Assembly (NCBI RefSeq): GCF_041956535.1
Contig: NW_027192217.1
Location: 54,196-118,195, forward strand
Direction: 5' to 3'
Source of the DNA: Calcarisporiella thermophila CBS 279.70
Taxonomy: Eukaryota > Fungi > Calcarisporiellomycota
Length of the DNA: 64,000 bases
Shown here piece by piece: positions 53,862 to 64,000 of the stretch. The notes beneath the pieces are model-generated. The model worked only from the letters and a program-made list of their open reading frames with translations. It did no database searches and was not told the origin of the DNA. Numbering within the stretch: position 1 is the stretch's first letter; every line of letters begins with the position of its first letter. A program made the translations under genes and the position numbers.

Positions 53862-56800
53862 CTAAAAGACTAGTGGTGCATGCAAGGCGGGATCATCAAA
53901 CAGCAGCTTTCGCGGCGGGGGAATTCGATCGCCAGTGTCGCTGCCGTGGAGCATCTTGAACAACCCTGTTCCTGTGGGCATGGGAATGCCCATGATGATG
54001 CATTCACTGACGCCCTCGATCGGGTCCTTCTTCCCGTAGAACGCGGCGTCGAACAAATGGTCCGTGGTCTTCTCGAAGGAGGCAAGCATGAGCACGCTGT
54101 CCTTCATTCTCGCAACACCAAATCGCGTCACACCAAGCACCTCTCCCTTGTAGGTCATCACGTCGGCAAGCAACATGATGTGGCGAGGATCGACGGTCAT
54201 GTTGTGCTTGTCCATAACATTCTTAATCTCATTGATGATGGTGGCTCTACAAAGCATCCATATAGGCGGTTAGCAGTGGAGTCGGAGGGGCTAAAATAAA
54301 TACGGTGTTCTTACCTTGCTGCCTCGATACCCAAAACTTTAACCACCTCCATGACGTGGTTGGAGGTTGTTTGCGTTCCGATAATCCCTTCAATCCCCAT
54401 CACCTCCTTGAGCCCATACCCCTCAAAGACCAATTCTTTGTCACGCTGGTTAATAACACCACGATTGACGCTAGCAATACCCTAGAAAGAGGGTTTGGCG
54501 GGAGGGGGCAAACCCATGCAGAGTTAGATAGGGGAACAGTTGGAAGGGGGCGCTCCGGAATATATATATATATATATATTTTCCCACCCACGCAATAGGA
54601 AATTTACCTTGACAAGAATGTTAGGCAGGACTCGCTTGAGGGCCTGTAGATTGTAGTAGGCATCTTTGCCGTCTTTGGAGGAGGCGTACACCTTGATTTT
54701 ATCGGGCTTGATCGTGTGCACATTCTATAGAGGGAAGAGGATGAGAAAGGGGTAGGAAACGAGTGCCAGAAAACCACCGCATGGTGTAGGCAGCATAAAA
54801 TGCAATTCGGCTTACCCCTTCGCCGATCTTAAGTTTGGGCGCAAACATAATCGCAGACGCAATGTCGTAGAGGGAGATTTCCAGCTGCAGCTTCTTGATG
54901 GCCTCCATGTCGATCTTCACGCTGAGGTAGCTCTCGTCCGGCCGGTAAACCTCTTCGATATATTCTGCGATCTGCGGGGAGAAAAGATGAAAAAAAAAGG
55001 AGCACATTGTCAGCAAGGCATTCACAGTACAAGCTTGCCCACGCACTACTCACATCACCAAGCAAGGTTTTCTCCACTCGGCCCTTCACAATTCGCGAGG
55101 CCTGGATCTCGTCGGCGCACGCCAATTTACAGGTGATAAGCGGGGTACTGATCAGTTTGGACGCGTTGATGATCTCCTTGATACGCGGCACACCAAGCGT
55201 GATGTTCATACTGGCTACACCGGCAAAATGGAACGTTTTCAGCGTCATCTGCGTGCCCGGTTCACCAATTGACTGTGCTCCAACCGCTCCCACGGCTGTT
55301 CCAGGCTCGGTCAACGCCTTCTGGTACTTCCGGTGGCAGTGGTTGAGGAAGGCGCGCAGCTGAACCTCTGTGATCGAAACCTTGTTGTTCACAATGGCAA
55401 GCGCAGCCTCATCTGCCGCCACGTCCAGATCCACCTCCTGGTGCTCCTCCGGTGGCTCCTCGATCTCCGGATACAGCCCATACGCCTCTCTTGTGGAGGC
55501 AATCTTATCGACAAGCTCCTCGCGGATGAAGGCTTCCAGCGACTCTAGGAACCCAGAGGTGCAAAGCTTTTGGAACCGGGGCTGCGAGAGTTCCTCATGG
55601 GTGATCTTGGCGATTTGCCACGGCTTGAGGGCCGGCTCATCACGACGAGGGTGCATATGCTAGTGGGGAAAAATAAAAGCAAGTGAGCATGATGGCGTTT
55701 GAAAGGCACGGGCTGGCGTAGATAAAGAGCAATCCGACTCACCTTCGCATTCCTCAAGTTCTTGAGGAAGTTCACCGGCTGCCCATCGCCCTCCAGCGTA
55801 CACGGATCGAGATTGTCACTCCCATAGGTGAACTGGACAATGCCGCCCGTGGAGTTTCGCACGGTGGTATCGTAGTGCGCCGTCAAGTCCTCGAGAGCCT
55901 TCATCAACCGGCGCTGCATATACCCTGTCTCTGCCGTTTTGACCGCCGTGTCCACCAAACCCTCACGACCAGACACAGCATGGAAGAAGAATTCGGTCGG
56001 GGAGAGGCCAGAATAGAAGCTGTTACGCACAAAACCCTTGGCCGGAGGGATTTTGGCTGAACACGTCAGAGGAGATCAAGGGAAAAAAAAAGTCAGTAAA
56101 GCTGAGGCAAACAAGCACCCGGAGCCAATCTTACAGTGTTTCAAAAAGTGCGGAAGCGAACGGTCCTCGAACCCATCCGGAATACGCTTGCCACTGATAA
56201 TCTGCTGCCCGACACAAGCCACCATCTGACACACGTTAAGGACGGAACCTTTGCTACCGCATGCCGCCATGATAAGGGGCGCGTTGTGTCTGCTCAATTC
56301 CGTCATGCACACCTGACCCAGCTCCTCACGCACCTTCGACAAGACACCCGAAATCTCCGACTCAAGCGTCTGCTCCTGGTCCATACCCGGCATGTTCTCG
56401 AGCTGCCCCGTCTTCGATTGGTGGATCAGCTCGTCGACCCTCGAGTACGCGCCCTCCACACGATCATCCTTGAGCGCAAGCAGCTTCTCGCCAGACTGCA
56501 CATCGTTGATGCCAATGGAGAACCCGTGGTTGGCCAAGAAACGCGCACACAGTTTGGCCAGCCGATTCATACACAGCGCGGCCTCGATCGACCCATAGTC
56601 CTTCAGGACGGCATAGAAGATCGAGTTTTTCCCTTCTCCAACGATGGATTTGTCGACCACTCCGCAGAGGAGCTCGCTGTTGTAGATCACGAGCCAGCCG
56701 TCCTCTGGGCACAGCTCCCGCATCCTACCGTCGCGCTTCTTAAACGATTTCGTCTTTGTGTCAAGATTGATGATCACGGGCGATTTCTTGTTAGGCCGGA

Positions 56801-59292
56801 TCAGCACGTTGAAAATCTGCTTCCCCGTCCACAGTTGAACAGGCTACGCCAGAAATGAATTCCATCGGATTTGTTTAGCTGCCTGGGGAACAAGAAGAGA
56901 ATAAAATGCTACGCAATGAAGGCCTACCTTTAAGATGGCGGGCGGGGGAAGGTCGATCTTCAACTCTGCGTCCCCCAAATAGGAGCAGATCTGGACGAAC
57001 TGTGCTCGAGTGTAGAAGTTGCCTTTCTTCGAAATCAAAAAGGACGACGTGATGAAATCCTGGGTCGCGGCAATCAAAGGCTCACCGTTCTTGGGGGTGA
57101 CAAGATTGTTTTTAATGCCCATCAGGTTGATGGCTTCTGCACGCGCTTCCTCGGTTTGAGGAAGGTGCAGATTCATCTCGTCTCCATCAAAGTCCGCGTT
57201 GTAGGGGGCACAGCAGCACACATTGAAGCGGAAGGTGCGCCATGGCATGACTTTGGCCTGCGGAGAAAGAGGCGGCATTAGATGATCCAATACGTTGCGT
57301 AGGAATTACAAGTGCTACTTACAAAGTGCGCCATGATACTCATTCGGTGGAGCGACGGCTGACGGTTGAAGAGAACCACATCTCCATCCATCAAATGGCG
57401 CTCCACAATGTCGCCTATCTTTAGATCAGCGGCGGCGGCCTCTCGGTTGGCAATCTTTAGATACTTCTTGAATCCATTCCCGGACTGCACATAGTTGGCT
57501 CCCGGGTGCACGTCTGGCCCGTTGCGTACATACTTGCGCAACCGCTCAATGTTATGTTCAAAGACTCGCTCCGGATAAGTCAGAATTTTCGCAACCCTAT
57601 CTGGAACGGCCACCTAGCAATGATCCAGAGTTTGTTACCATTTCGAAATCCATGCCTCTCCCAAAAATGGCTTGTCAAAAGTTACCTGATCAATACGCAT
57701 GTTGGGGTCGGGGGAAATAACCGTACGGCCGGAAAAGTCGACACGCTTTCCCGACAAGTTTCCACGGAAACGGCCCTGTTTACCCTTTAATCGCTGGCAT
57801 AGGCCACGAATTGGCTTTCCGGTCTAAGGGGGAGGGAGGAGGAAAAATAGAAATAAAATTCAAGTTAAGTCGACCCTGTAAACACGAAGTGGGGATTTAA
57901 ACATCCAGGAGTGATATTTACAGTGGCTAACGACACACCAGGAAGCTCGCTATTAATATACATTGCAATGGAGAGCTGTAAAAACTCCCATTGTTCCTAA
58001 GTACCACAATCAGAGGCTTAGTCCACCGTCTCTTTGGCGTTAAAAGGAGGCACACAAAATACCATTAAACTATTTATCGTCACTCCCTTATCTAGCCCGG
58101 TTTTGATGAGCGCATTGGTAAAGATGATTTCTGTGAGTTTTGCCGTCAAGTCATCCTCCGTGCTATCGAAAATGCATCAGCAATTCAATGTTCAACCATT
58201 CATATTGGCGGCAATTCGTCAATAGTATACCTTGCACCGTCTTGCGCGACCGACGGACGAATCGGCACCGGAGGCACAGGCACATATTGCCATATATACA
58301 GTTCAGGTCGTCCGTGCTCAGGGTCGAGCCCAAGCAATTCGGCGTCCTCGTTGGAGATATTTTGGAAGAGCTGCAGAACTTTTAGAGGGTTGAGGTCTTC
58401 TTGAGCTTTTGACAGATGAGTCTTGAGCTCGGGAGTAAGCGAGACTGCTGTGTTGAAGGTCGCTCTAAAAGCCTCCTGCTCGGGAGCGGTCTTTTTTGCT
58501 CGGAACTTTTCGTGAATGATTTTGAGGGGGCCGACCTTTTTAACCGTGCCTAGGTGAAATGACAAGATGAATTGAAGCGTCACTAGTTACGAAGAGATTT
58601 AGCGTCCATACCATTAGTTGCACCGCAGTACGGGCAGTGTACCACTTTTTTGCATTTGTCGTTCACCGCCTTTGCAATTGTACGCCGCTGCATATTTTCG
58701 AGACGGGGGGCGCGTAAACGCTTGAGATAGACGCGGCGATCTTCCTCCTCCAGCATGACTCGACTACATGTCTAATGTCAAGCAACATCATTAGGCTATT
58801 TCACTCCAAATAAAAAATGAAATACAAGAAATAGTCTACCTTGCAAATGTTTTGCAAAATCACAATGATGGCCCTGAAATACCCAACGTGGAATGCAGGC
58901 AGTACCAATTTAATGTGCCCAAAATGGCCAACACATTCGGCCATCTTCAGTCCACATGTCTCGCAGAATCCACCTTTGTCCGATGTTCCCTACATCAAGG
59001 TAAAATTCGTCAACAGATGCGCCCTAAATATGCGATTTGAGTTCGAGTTACCAATCGCAAATCGAGTACACCATGTTTGACTGGCGTCCGCTCCGGTAAT
59101 TGGTAGAGATCGCGGTGTGTAACTTCGAGCTCAGAGGATTTCACTACGTCCTGGGGCGAAAGGACGCCGAATTGGATGTATTTACTACGGGAAAAAAAAA
59201 GAAAATGGATTTACTACGGCTGGTTGGAGCTAGGAGAGTAGATTGGATATTCACATTTTCTTGGGTGTACTCTTAGAAACTTGTTCCTTCAT
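53862..59292 (-). CDS. RPC1: RNA polymerase III largest subunit, multi-exon
   Basis: MKEQV start, [73 protein letters not shown]; no CTD. Confidence 0.96.
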
Positions 59293-59625
59293 TATGAAGT
59301 TACTCTTGAATGGCGGCAAGAATCAATCAAAGGAAAGAGGGGAATAGCACCCCGTGATGATATTTAAGATATTCTAGTGATGGGGCGACAAAAGGAGGAG
59401 AATGCGGAAGGAAGAAATTGGGCGATGGAACCTAATGCAAATATTGTGTCTTTCTATTGAGTACGAGTATCAGCTTATGGCAACGTGTTTCGAATCGATT
59501 TTATTTACGCTACGTGAAAAATCGTCACACACAGGAGGACTGTTCTTTGTATTTCATATCTTTGTTGTCCAGTTTGACAGCTACTGCTATTTTTCTCTGG
59601 AGTGAACTCAGCAGCAATAACGAGG

Positions 59626-60856
59626 ATGTCGGCTGCTAAAGATATACCAGAAGTCCGAGGTTCCATACACTTCTTCTTACGTCCCTTTAGGTATACGATC
59701 TGACTGCCTTTTGATTCATAGCCAAATTAAGAGCGTTGGCCGAGATGACGCTAGGCTATATTAAAGAGCTATACAACCCGCCCGTACTCGACACCGAAGC
59801 GTTTGACGGGAAGGCATTTAAAGACAATCTTGGTACTTCCTACCCATGGCTCTTTGCCTTCTTCTGTTTCTAACTGCTCGCGCCACTTTAATTACAGAGA
59901 AACTCGGGATGATTCTCTCCAATGACGCGACAAAACTGGCCATAGCCTGCAAGCCCCCTTGTGCTGCAGACACCGCCATACCCATGATCGAAGCCCTAGG
60001 AACAACACTATTAAGAATAGCTGGGCTCATTAGTGCTATTCCTAGGTGGGCAGGTCGCATCTATATTCTCGAGGTGAAGAGAGCAACGGAAGACATCTTA
60101 GGCGGTGTGGTCCAGCTATGTAACTCGTTTCTTGGCGAGCACGCGGTCGATACTGGCAAAAAGAAAAATAGTTATCTGATGTCGGCTGGGCAGGTTTGGC
60201 ATGCCTGTGATGTGTTCAAGGCCCTTAGCGAAGAGAACTCAGAGGCCGTTATGAAGCGATGGAGAGGGATGATCGAAACAGTGGAGGACGCCATGCATGA
60301 GCTTGAAACTGCAATTAAGGAGAAGGAGGACTCTCAGCAAGCAGAAGAAGCGGAAGAAGAAGCAGACGAGGAGGAAGGAGATGGGTGGGAAGACGTGCTG
60401 GGCGAATCCAGGGCTCTTACTAAAGAAGAGATGGAGACGGCCAAGAGGTGTGCAGCCCTCCTCAAAATTACACGAATGCTGCTGAAGAAAATACAAACCC
60501 GCAGCATTGTTGGCAAGCGACGACAGAAAGAGATTGAGTTGCTGGATCAGTCGTGCGAGCTAAGCGAGCGGCTATGTGATAGAGTGGATGAGATTGCAGG
60601 GTATGTGGATGAAATCCCGAGTGATGATAAGCTTGCGGAGCTCGTCGAGGAATTTGTGAGCACCGCATCCGGGGTAATCAAAGTTGCGACTGAACTTGCG
60701 GAAGAGGAGCACAAACCATGGTTTGAGGTACTCTCATAATGCTTGAAAGCCCTTCCTTTGTTTTATGGAGCTAACTTAATCTTCCTCTAGACTTGCTCGA
60801 ACCAACTCAAGAAAATTGACGAGTATTTTCAGGAAAAGGCCAAGAGAACAGCATAA
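59626..60856 (+). CDS. GCIP/CCNDBP1-like (cyclin-D1-binding) family protein, 4 exons
   Basis: LSNDATKLAIACKPP, SAGQVWHACD, VEDAMHELE, acidic loop with DGWED; family assigned from recalled motif pattern. Confidence 0.65.
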
Positions 60857-61068
60857 AGAAACTCAGTAAATAAAGTTTTAATAGGATATACCCCTTGTCA
60901 TCTGTATCATCTCATCAAAAAGAAGAAGAAACAAACACGATCAATTTTATATTTACACCTTGATGGAAAAAAAAATCAGCTCCAGGAAAAGAAAAAGATA
61001 ATTTAAAATACTTCTAAGAGTTGAGTTTGAAGGGATCTACAAAACAAAACAAAAAAAAATTGCAATAT

Positions 61069-64000
61069 CTAGTCATAGGTAATTGAGAACACCTCCCCGA
61101 TATCGTGGAGCACCTTCCGTACACCCAGTGCAAGCCCCACCACCGCTAACCCCACATCGGCTGCCAGCAACGTGAAGCCACCACACATAAAGCGAGGCGC
61201 AAACACCTTCCACACCATTAAGTGCCTTCTGAAGTAAGCTGCCCAAATAGTCGCACTTGTTGTGTTTACCGTCGCATATAGGATATACCAGAGGCTGGCC
61301 TTCGTCAGAAGGTGTAAAAACGGTTGTTTATTGATGGGCGAAGTCTTCCAGAGGACTAGCAGCGGGAGAGCAACCGCGAAAAAGACGTGTGAGCCCAGGG
61401 TGTTGAGCACAATGAGAGGGGTGCTGAAAAGGAAATTGAGACTAGACAGCCCAATGAAACTACTCTTCCACTGGAGGGAGGGTATGGTCGCCTGGTGGCC
61501 AGTAGCAAAGAAATGATGCATAGCAAGCAAATACATTGCCGTGACTTCGAGCACCGTCAAGCTCGGTCCACGGACTTGCATTTCTACCTCGCTTTCTTTT
61601 GACGTGTTCTTTGCCTCGCTGGGGCCCGGCACCACCTCTGCATCGCCTTTAGCATCCGAGATCTCGAGAAGACACAGCAGTTGGCACATTCCAACCGCAA
61701 GAATCACACTACCGCTGGGAAACTGGGTCAGAGATATGATGAGATATACAATCGACAGGTAAAGCAGGTAGCTTGATCCAAATGCGTTGGCATATCCCAA
61801 GATAAGCATTGTGCGTTGAGGTTGCTGCTGTAGTTGCGTTTTCACGCCCCTTTTTCGACCCGAATTCACGGATCCAGCCCGGTCTGCCTTTTGCAAGAAC
61901 ATCTCGAAATCCAAGCACACCGGGTTGGTCCACCATCCACTTGGACCAACGACAAGCCCCAAGCCAAACGCCAGCCGAACCAGCATGTTCTTCAAGGTCA
62001 CCTGCCAAGGATCTTCTCCGGCAGCATCCAGGATCCAGTACGCCGCGCCAAGCAACAAGCCTCCGCGCAGGCCCCAACCAATCCAGAGCGGAGCAAAACC
62101 GTAATAATTTCGCGTGGCATTCTCCGCCATCCGCAGTGCAAATGGGAGGAGGAAAGCGGAGGCGGTGAGGACGATCAGCGTCAGCTCGGAGCTAATGGAA
62201 GAGGTTGAGGAAGCGTAGAAGGTTTGTTCGCAGTAGGGGAGCTGCTCCTCTCGGCACACGGTGGAGGTGGAACTGATTCTCACCAGGACCATCCATAGCA
62301 AAGCAAAACCAACCATTCTCCATCGCGCCGAGGGATTTTTCGCACCTAGACCACGGAAAATCGTGACTAGTCCCAGTGTCTGCAACATTCCAACTACTAA
62401 GCGGTCTTCGAACACAGTGAAGGAGTTGGACGTGAAAAAAAGAGCGTGAGCCACTATGAAGATGAGAGAGAGCGCAGTGTCGAAAGACGGGATCCTCCAC
62501 TGCCAATTCATTTTGCCAGCGGAGGCCTGGGCATGCAAGAAAGCAATGATGCTTCCGTATGATCCCCCAAAAACAATCCCATCCAACCAAGAAAACTCCA
62601 TGCCAGAGAGTTTGATCAAACAAGCTACGCCTCCAATGGCTGCCCCCACGGCTGCCCCAACGCCTAAGCGTCTGGTCGTTCTTTCATTCGCATCGCTCAA
62701 TTTGCCCCACCGGAGCAGGTATGTCCCAATACACGCACAGCTCAAAACCAAGATACTTGCTCCGGCTAACATATATGGAATATCAAACTGAGCCCAGATC
62801 TTCCGGCATTCTAATAGCACCACTCGCAAAAACTTCATATAGAGGGCGAATACCCGCAGCAGCTCGTCCTGCACCTCATCCTTGCCTTTTGAGGCAATAT
62901 TCATATATTGCGTCTCGGCATCCTTATACAGATCCTCAAATCTTTTCCCCAATCTGACAGCCAGTTCAGCATTCGGCTGCTGTTTCGCATAAGCTCGGGC
63001 ATATTCGTATACTTGATGACTGTTGAGGCGCACCGATTCAATCAGCCCGCGTAATTTTTCGACGGGATTTCCAGCCATGTTACGGTAAATGACTTCGGGA
63101 ATAACCGCCCCCAGACTATTAAATGGGATGGGAACGCCCATTAGAAGAGAAAGCGTGGGGACCAGATCGATCTGCGGAATAGAGCGGAAATCCTTAAACC
63201 ATCCGCTATACGAGCTCCAGGACTCGCCCATCTCGAGGTCCACCACTGCCTCTGCAGCACGGAGTATCTCTGCTTCTTGCCGGCTGTAATCCTCGCCCGA
63301 TCCTTTCTTGCTATACATGAAAAGAGCCGAGCGTACCTCAAGATCGCTATCGCCACCGTGATCTCCCTTGGGGTCCATCCCGTGGTCGCCCATGACCACC
63401 AACAATGTGTCCTCGTCCATCCGCTGCACAACCTTCTCAATCAATACGTTCATTTGAGTCAATTTTTGGGCCATTTCGGGATGATTTGGCCCGTACCGAT
63501 GCCCACAGTGATCCACCCCCAAGAAGTGCCCAATGAGCACATCCCATTCCCCATTTTCTTCCATGGTAGGCCATAGATGTTTGTCGACGCCATTGTCGAC
63601 AGTGTGCAGATCGTTCACATTGAAAGAATCGAAGGGAAAGGTGAAATTCTCAGCAAAACTGTGCGGAAATAGCTTCACCCAAGTGTCATCGCCCATAAAT
63701 GCAACTCTCTTTCCCTGTGCACGAAGCTGGTGGATCAGATTGTCCTCGGCTATCTGCGTGCCCGCAAAATTGGAGCCAGCGTCAATAAAAGTCGGCAGAG
63801 TTCCCGTAGTCAGCGCTTTGAGACGCTGGAGAGTGGTGGTAGGTGGATCGGCCACAAATTCGTAGAGGAATGCCCCGTTAGGATTCTCTTGCCTCAGACT
63901 CTCGAATATTGGCAGTTTACCGAGGTAATGTGCCTCTCCTTCCGCCTTGTTGTGTACAAAATCGAATCGCAGTGCATCTATCAGCAGGATGACCATTTTC
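61069..64000 (-). CDS. GPI13: GPI ethanolamine phosphate transferase 3 (PIG-O/Gpi13), 5' end outside the window
   Basis: IDALRFDF, ADPPTTTLQRLKALTTGTLPTFIDAGSNF, HFLGVDHCGH, GDHGMD, RRHLMVWKVFAPRF. Confidence 0.95.
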   Translation of the reverse strand, partial: KMVILLIDALRFDFVHNKAEGEAHYLGKLPIFESLRQENPNGAFLYEFVADPPTTTLQRLKALTTGTLPTFIDAGSNFAGTQIAEDNLIHQLRAQGKRVAFMGDDTWVKLFPHSFAENFTFPFDSFNVNDLHTVDNGVDKHLWPTMEENGEWDVLIGHFLGVDHCGHRYGPNHPEMAQKLTQMNVLIEKVVQRMDEDTLLVVMGDHGMDPKGDHGGDSDLEVRSALFMYSKKGSGEDYSRQEAEILRAAEAVVDLEMGESWSSYSGWFKDFRSIPQIDLVPTLSLLMGVPIPFNSLGAVIPEVIYRNMAGNPVEKLRGLIESVRLNSHQVYEYARAYAKQQPNAELAVRLGKRFEDLYKDAETQYMNIASKGKDEVQDELLRVFALYMKFLRVVLLECRKIWAQFDIPYMLAGASILVLSCACIGTYLLRWGKLSDANERTTRRLGVGAAVGAAIGGVACLIKLSGMEFSWLDGIVFGGSYGSIIAFLHAQASAGKMNWQWRIPSFDTALSLIFIVAHALFFTSNSFTVFEDRLVVGMLQTLGLVTIFRGLGAKNPSARWRMVGFALLWMVLVRISSTSTVCREEQLPYCEQTFYASSTSSISSELTLIVLTASAFLLPFALRMAENATRNYYGFAPLWIGWGLRGGLLLGAAYWILDAAGEDPWQVTLKNMLVRLAFGLGLVVGPSGWWTNPVCLDFEMFLQKADRAGSVNSGRKRGVKTQLQQQPQRTMLILGYANAFGSSYLLYLSIVYLIISLTQFPSGSVILAVGMCQLLCLLEISDAKGDAEVVPGPSEAKNTSKESEVEMQVRGPSLTVLEVTAMYLLAMHHFFATGHQATIPSLQWKSSFIGLSSLNFLFSTPLIVLNTLGSHVFFAVALPLLVLWKTSPINKQPFLHLLTKASLWYILYATVNTTSATIWAAYFRRHLMVWKVFAPRFMCGGFTLLAADVGLAVVGLALGVRKVLHDIGEVFSITYD

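Overview
Gene-dense eukaryotic DNA with many short GT-AG introns. Gene content (Rab2, LIS1, fungal Mim1, Clg1-type cyclin, DUF3712 protein, Cpa2) and a U12-type intron point to an early-diverging fungus, probably Mucoromycota or Zoopagomycota (inference). I can support 20 protein-coding genes, almost all housekeeping: CPR, CCT2, STN1, eIF4A3, MIM1, SCS7, PP2A-B56, CPA2, a lysophospholipid acyltransferase, a Pcl/Clg1 cyclin, CNBP/GIS2, RAB2, PCNA, LIS1, a POT peptide transporter, CUL1, a DED1/DDX3-like helicase, a DUF3712 protein, RPC1 and a GCIP-like protein, plus a partial GPI13/PIG-O. There are five identical tRNA-Gly(GCC) genes, one tRNA-Leu(CAA) and a 343-N gap inside an (AAT)n tract. Most notable: (1) three tRNA-like units without a normal anticodon arm; two carry genome-encoded CCA and sit head-to-head 85 and 86 bp upstream of real tRNA genes; (2) a clear U12-type intron in the PP2A-B56 gene; (3) a short, OB-fold-only STN1; (4) strong GC3 mosaicism. 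Exon boundaries were read by eye and no database search was run.
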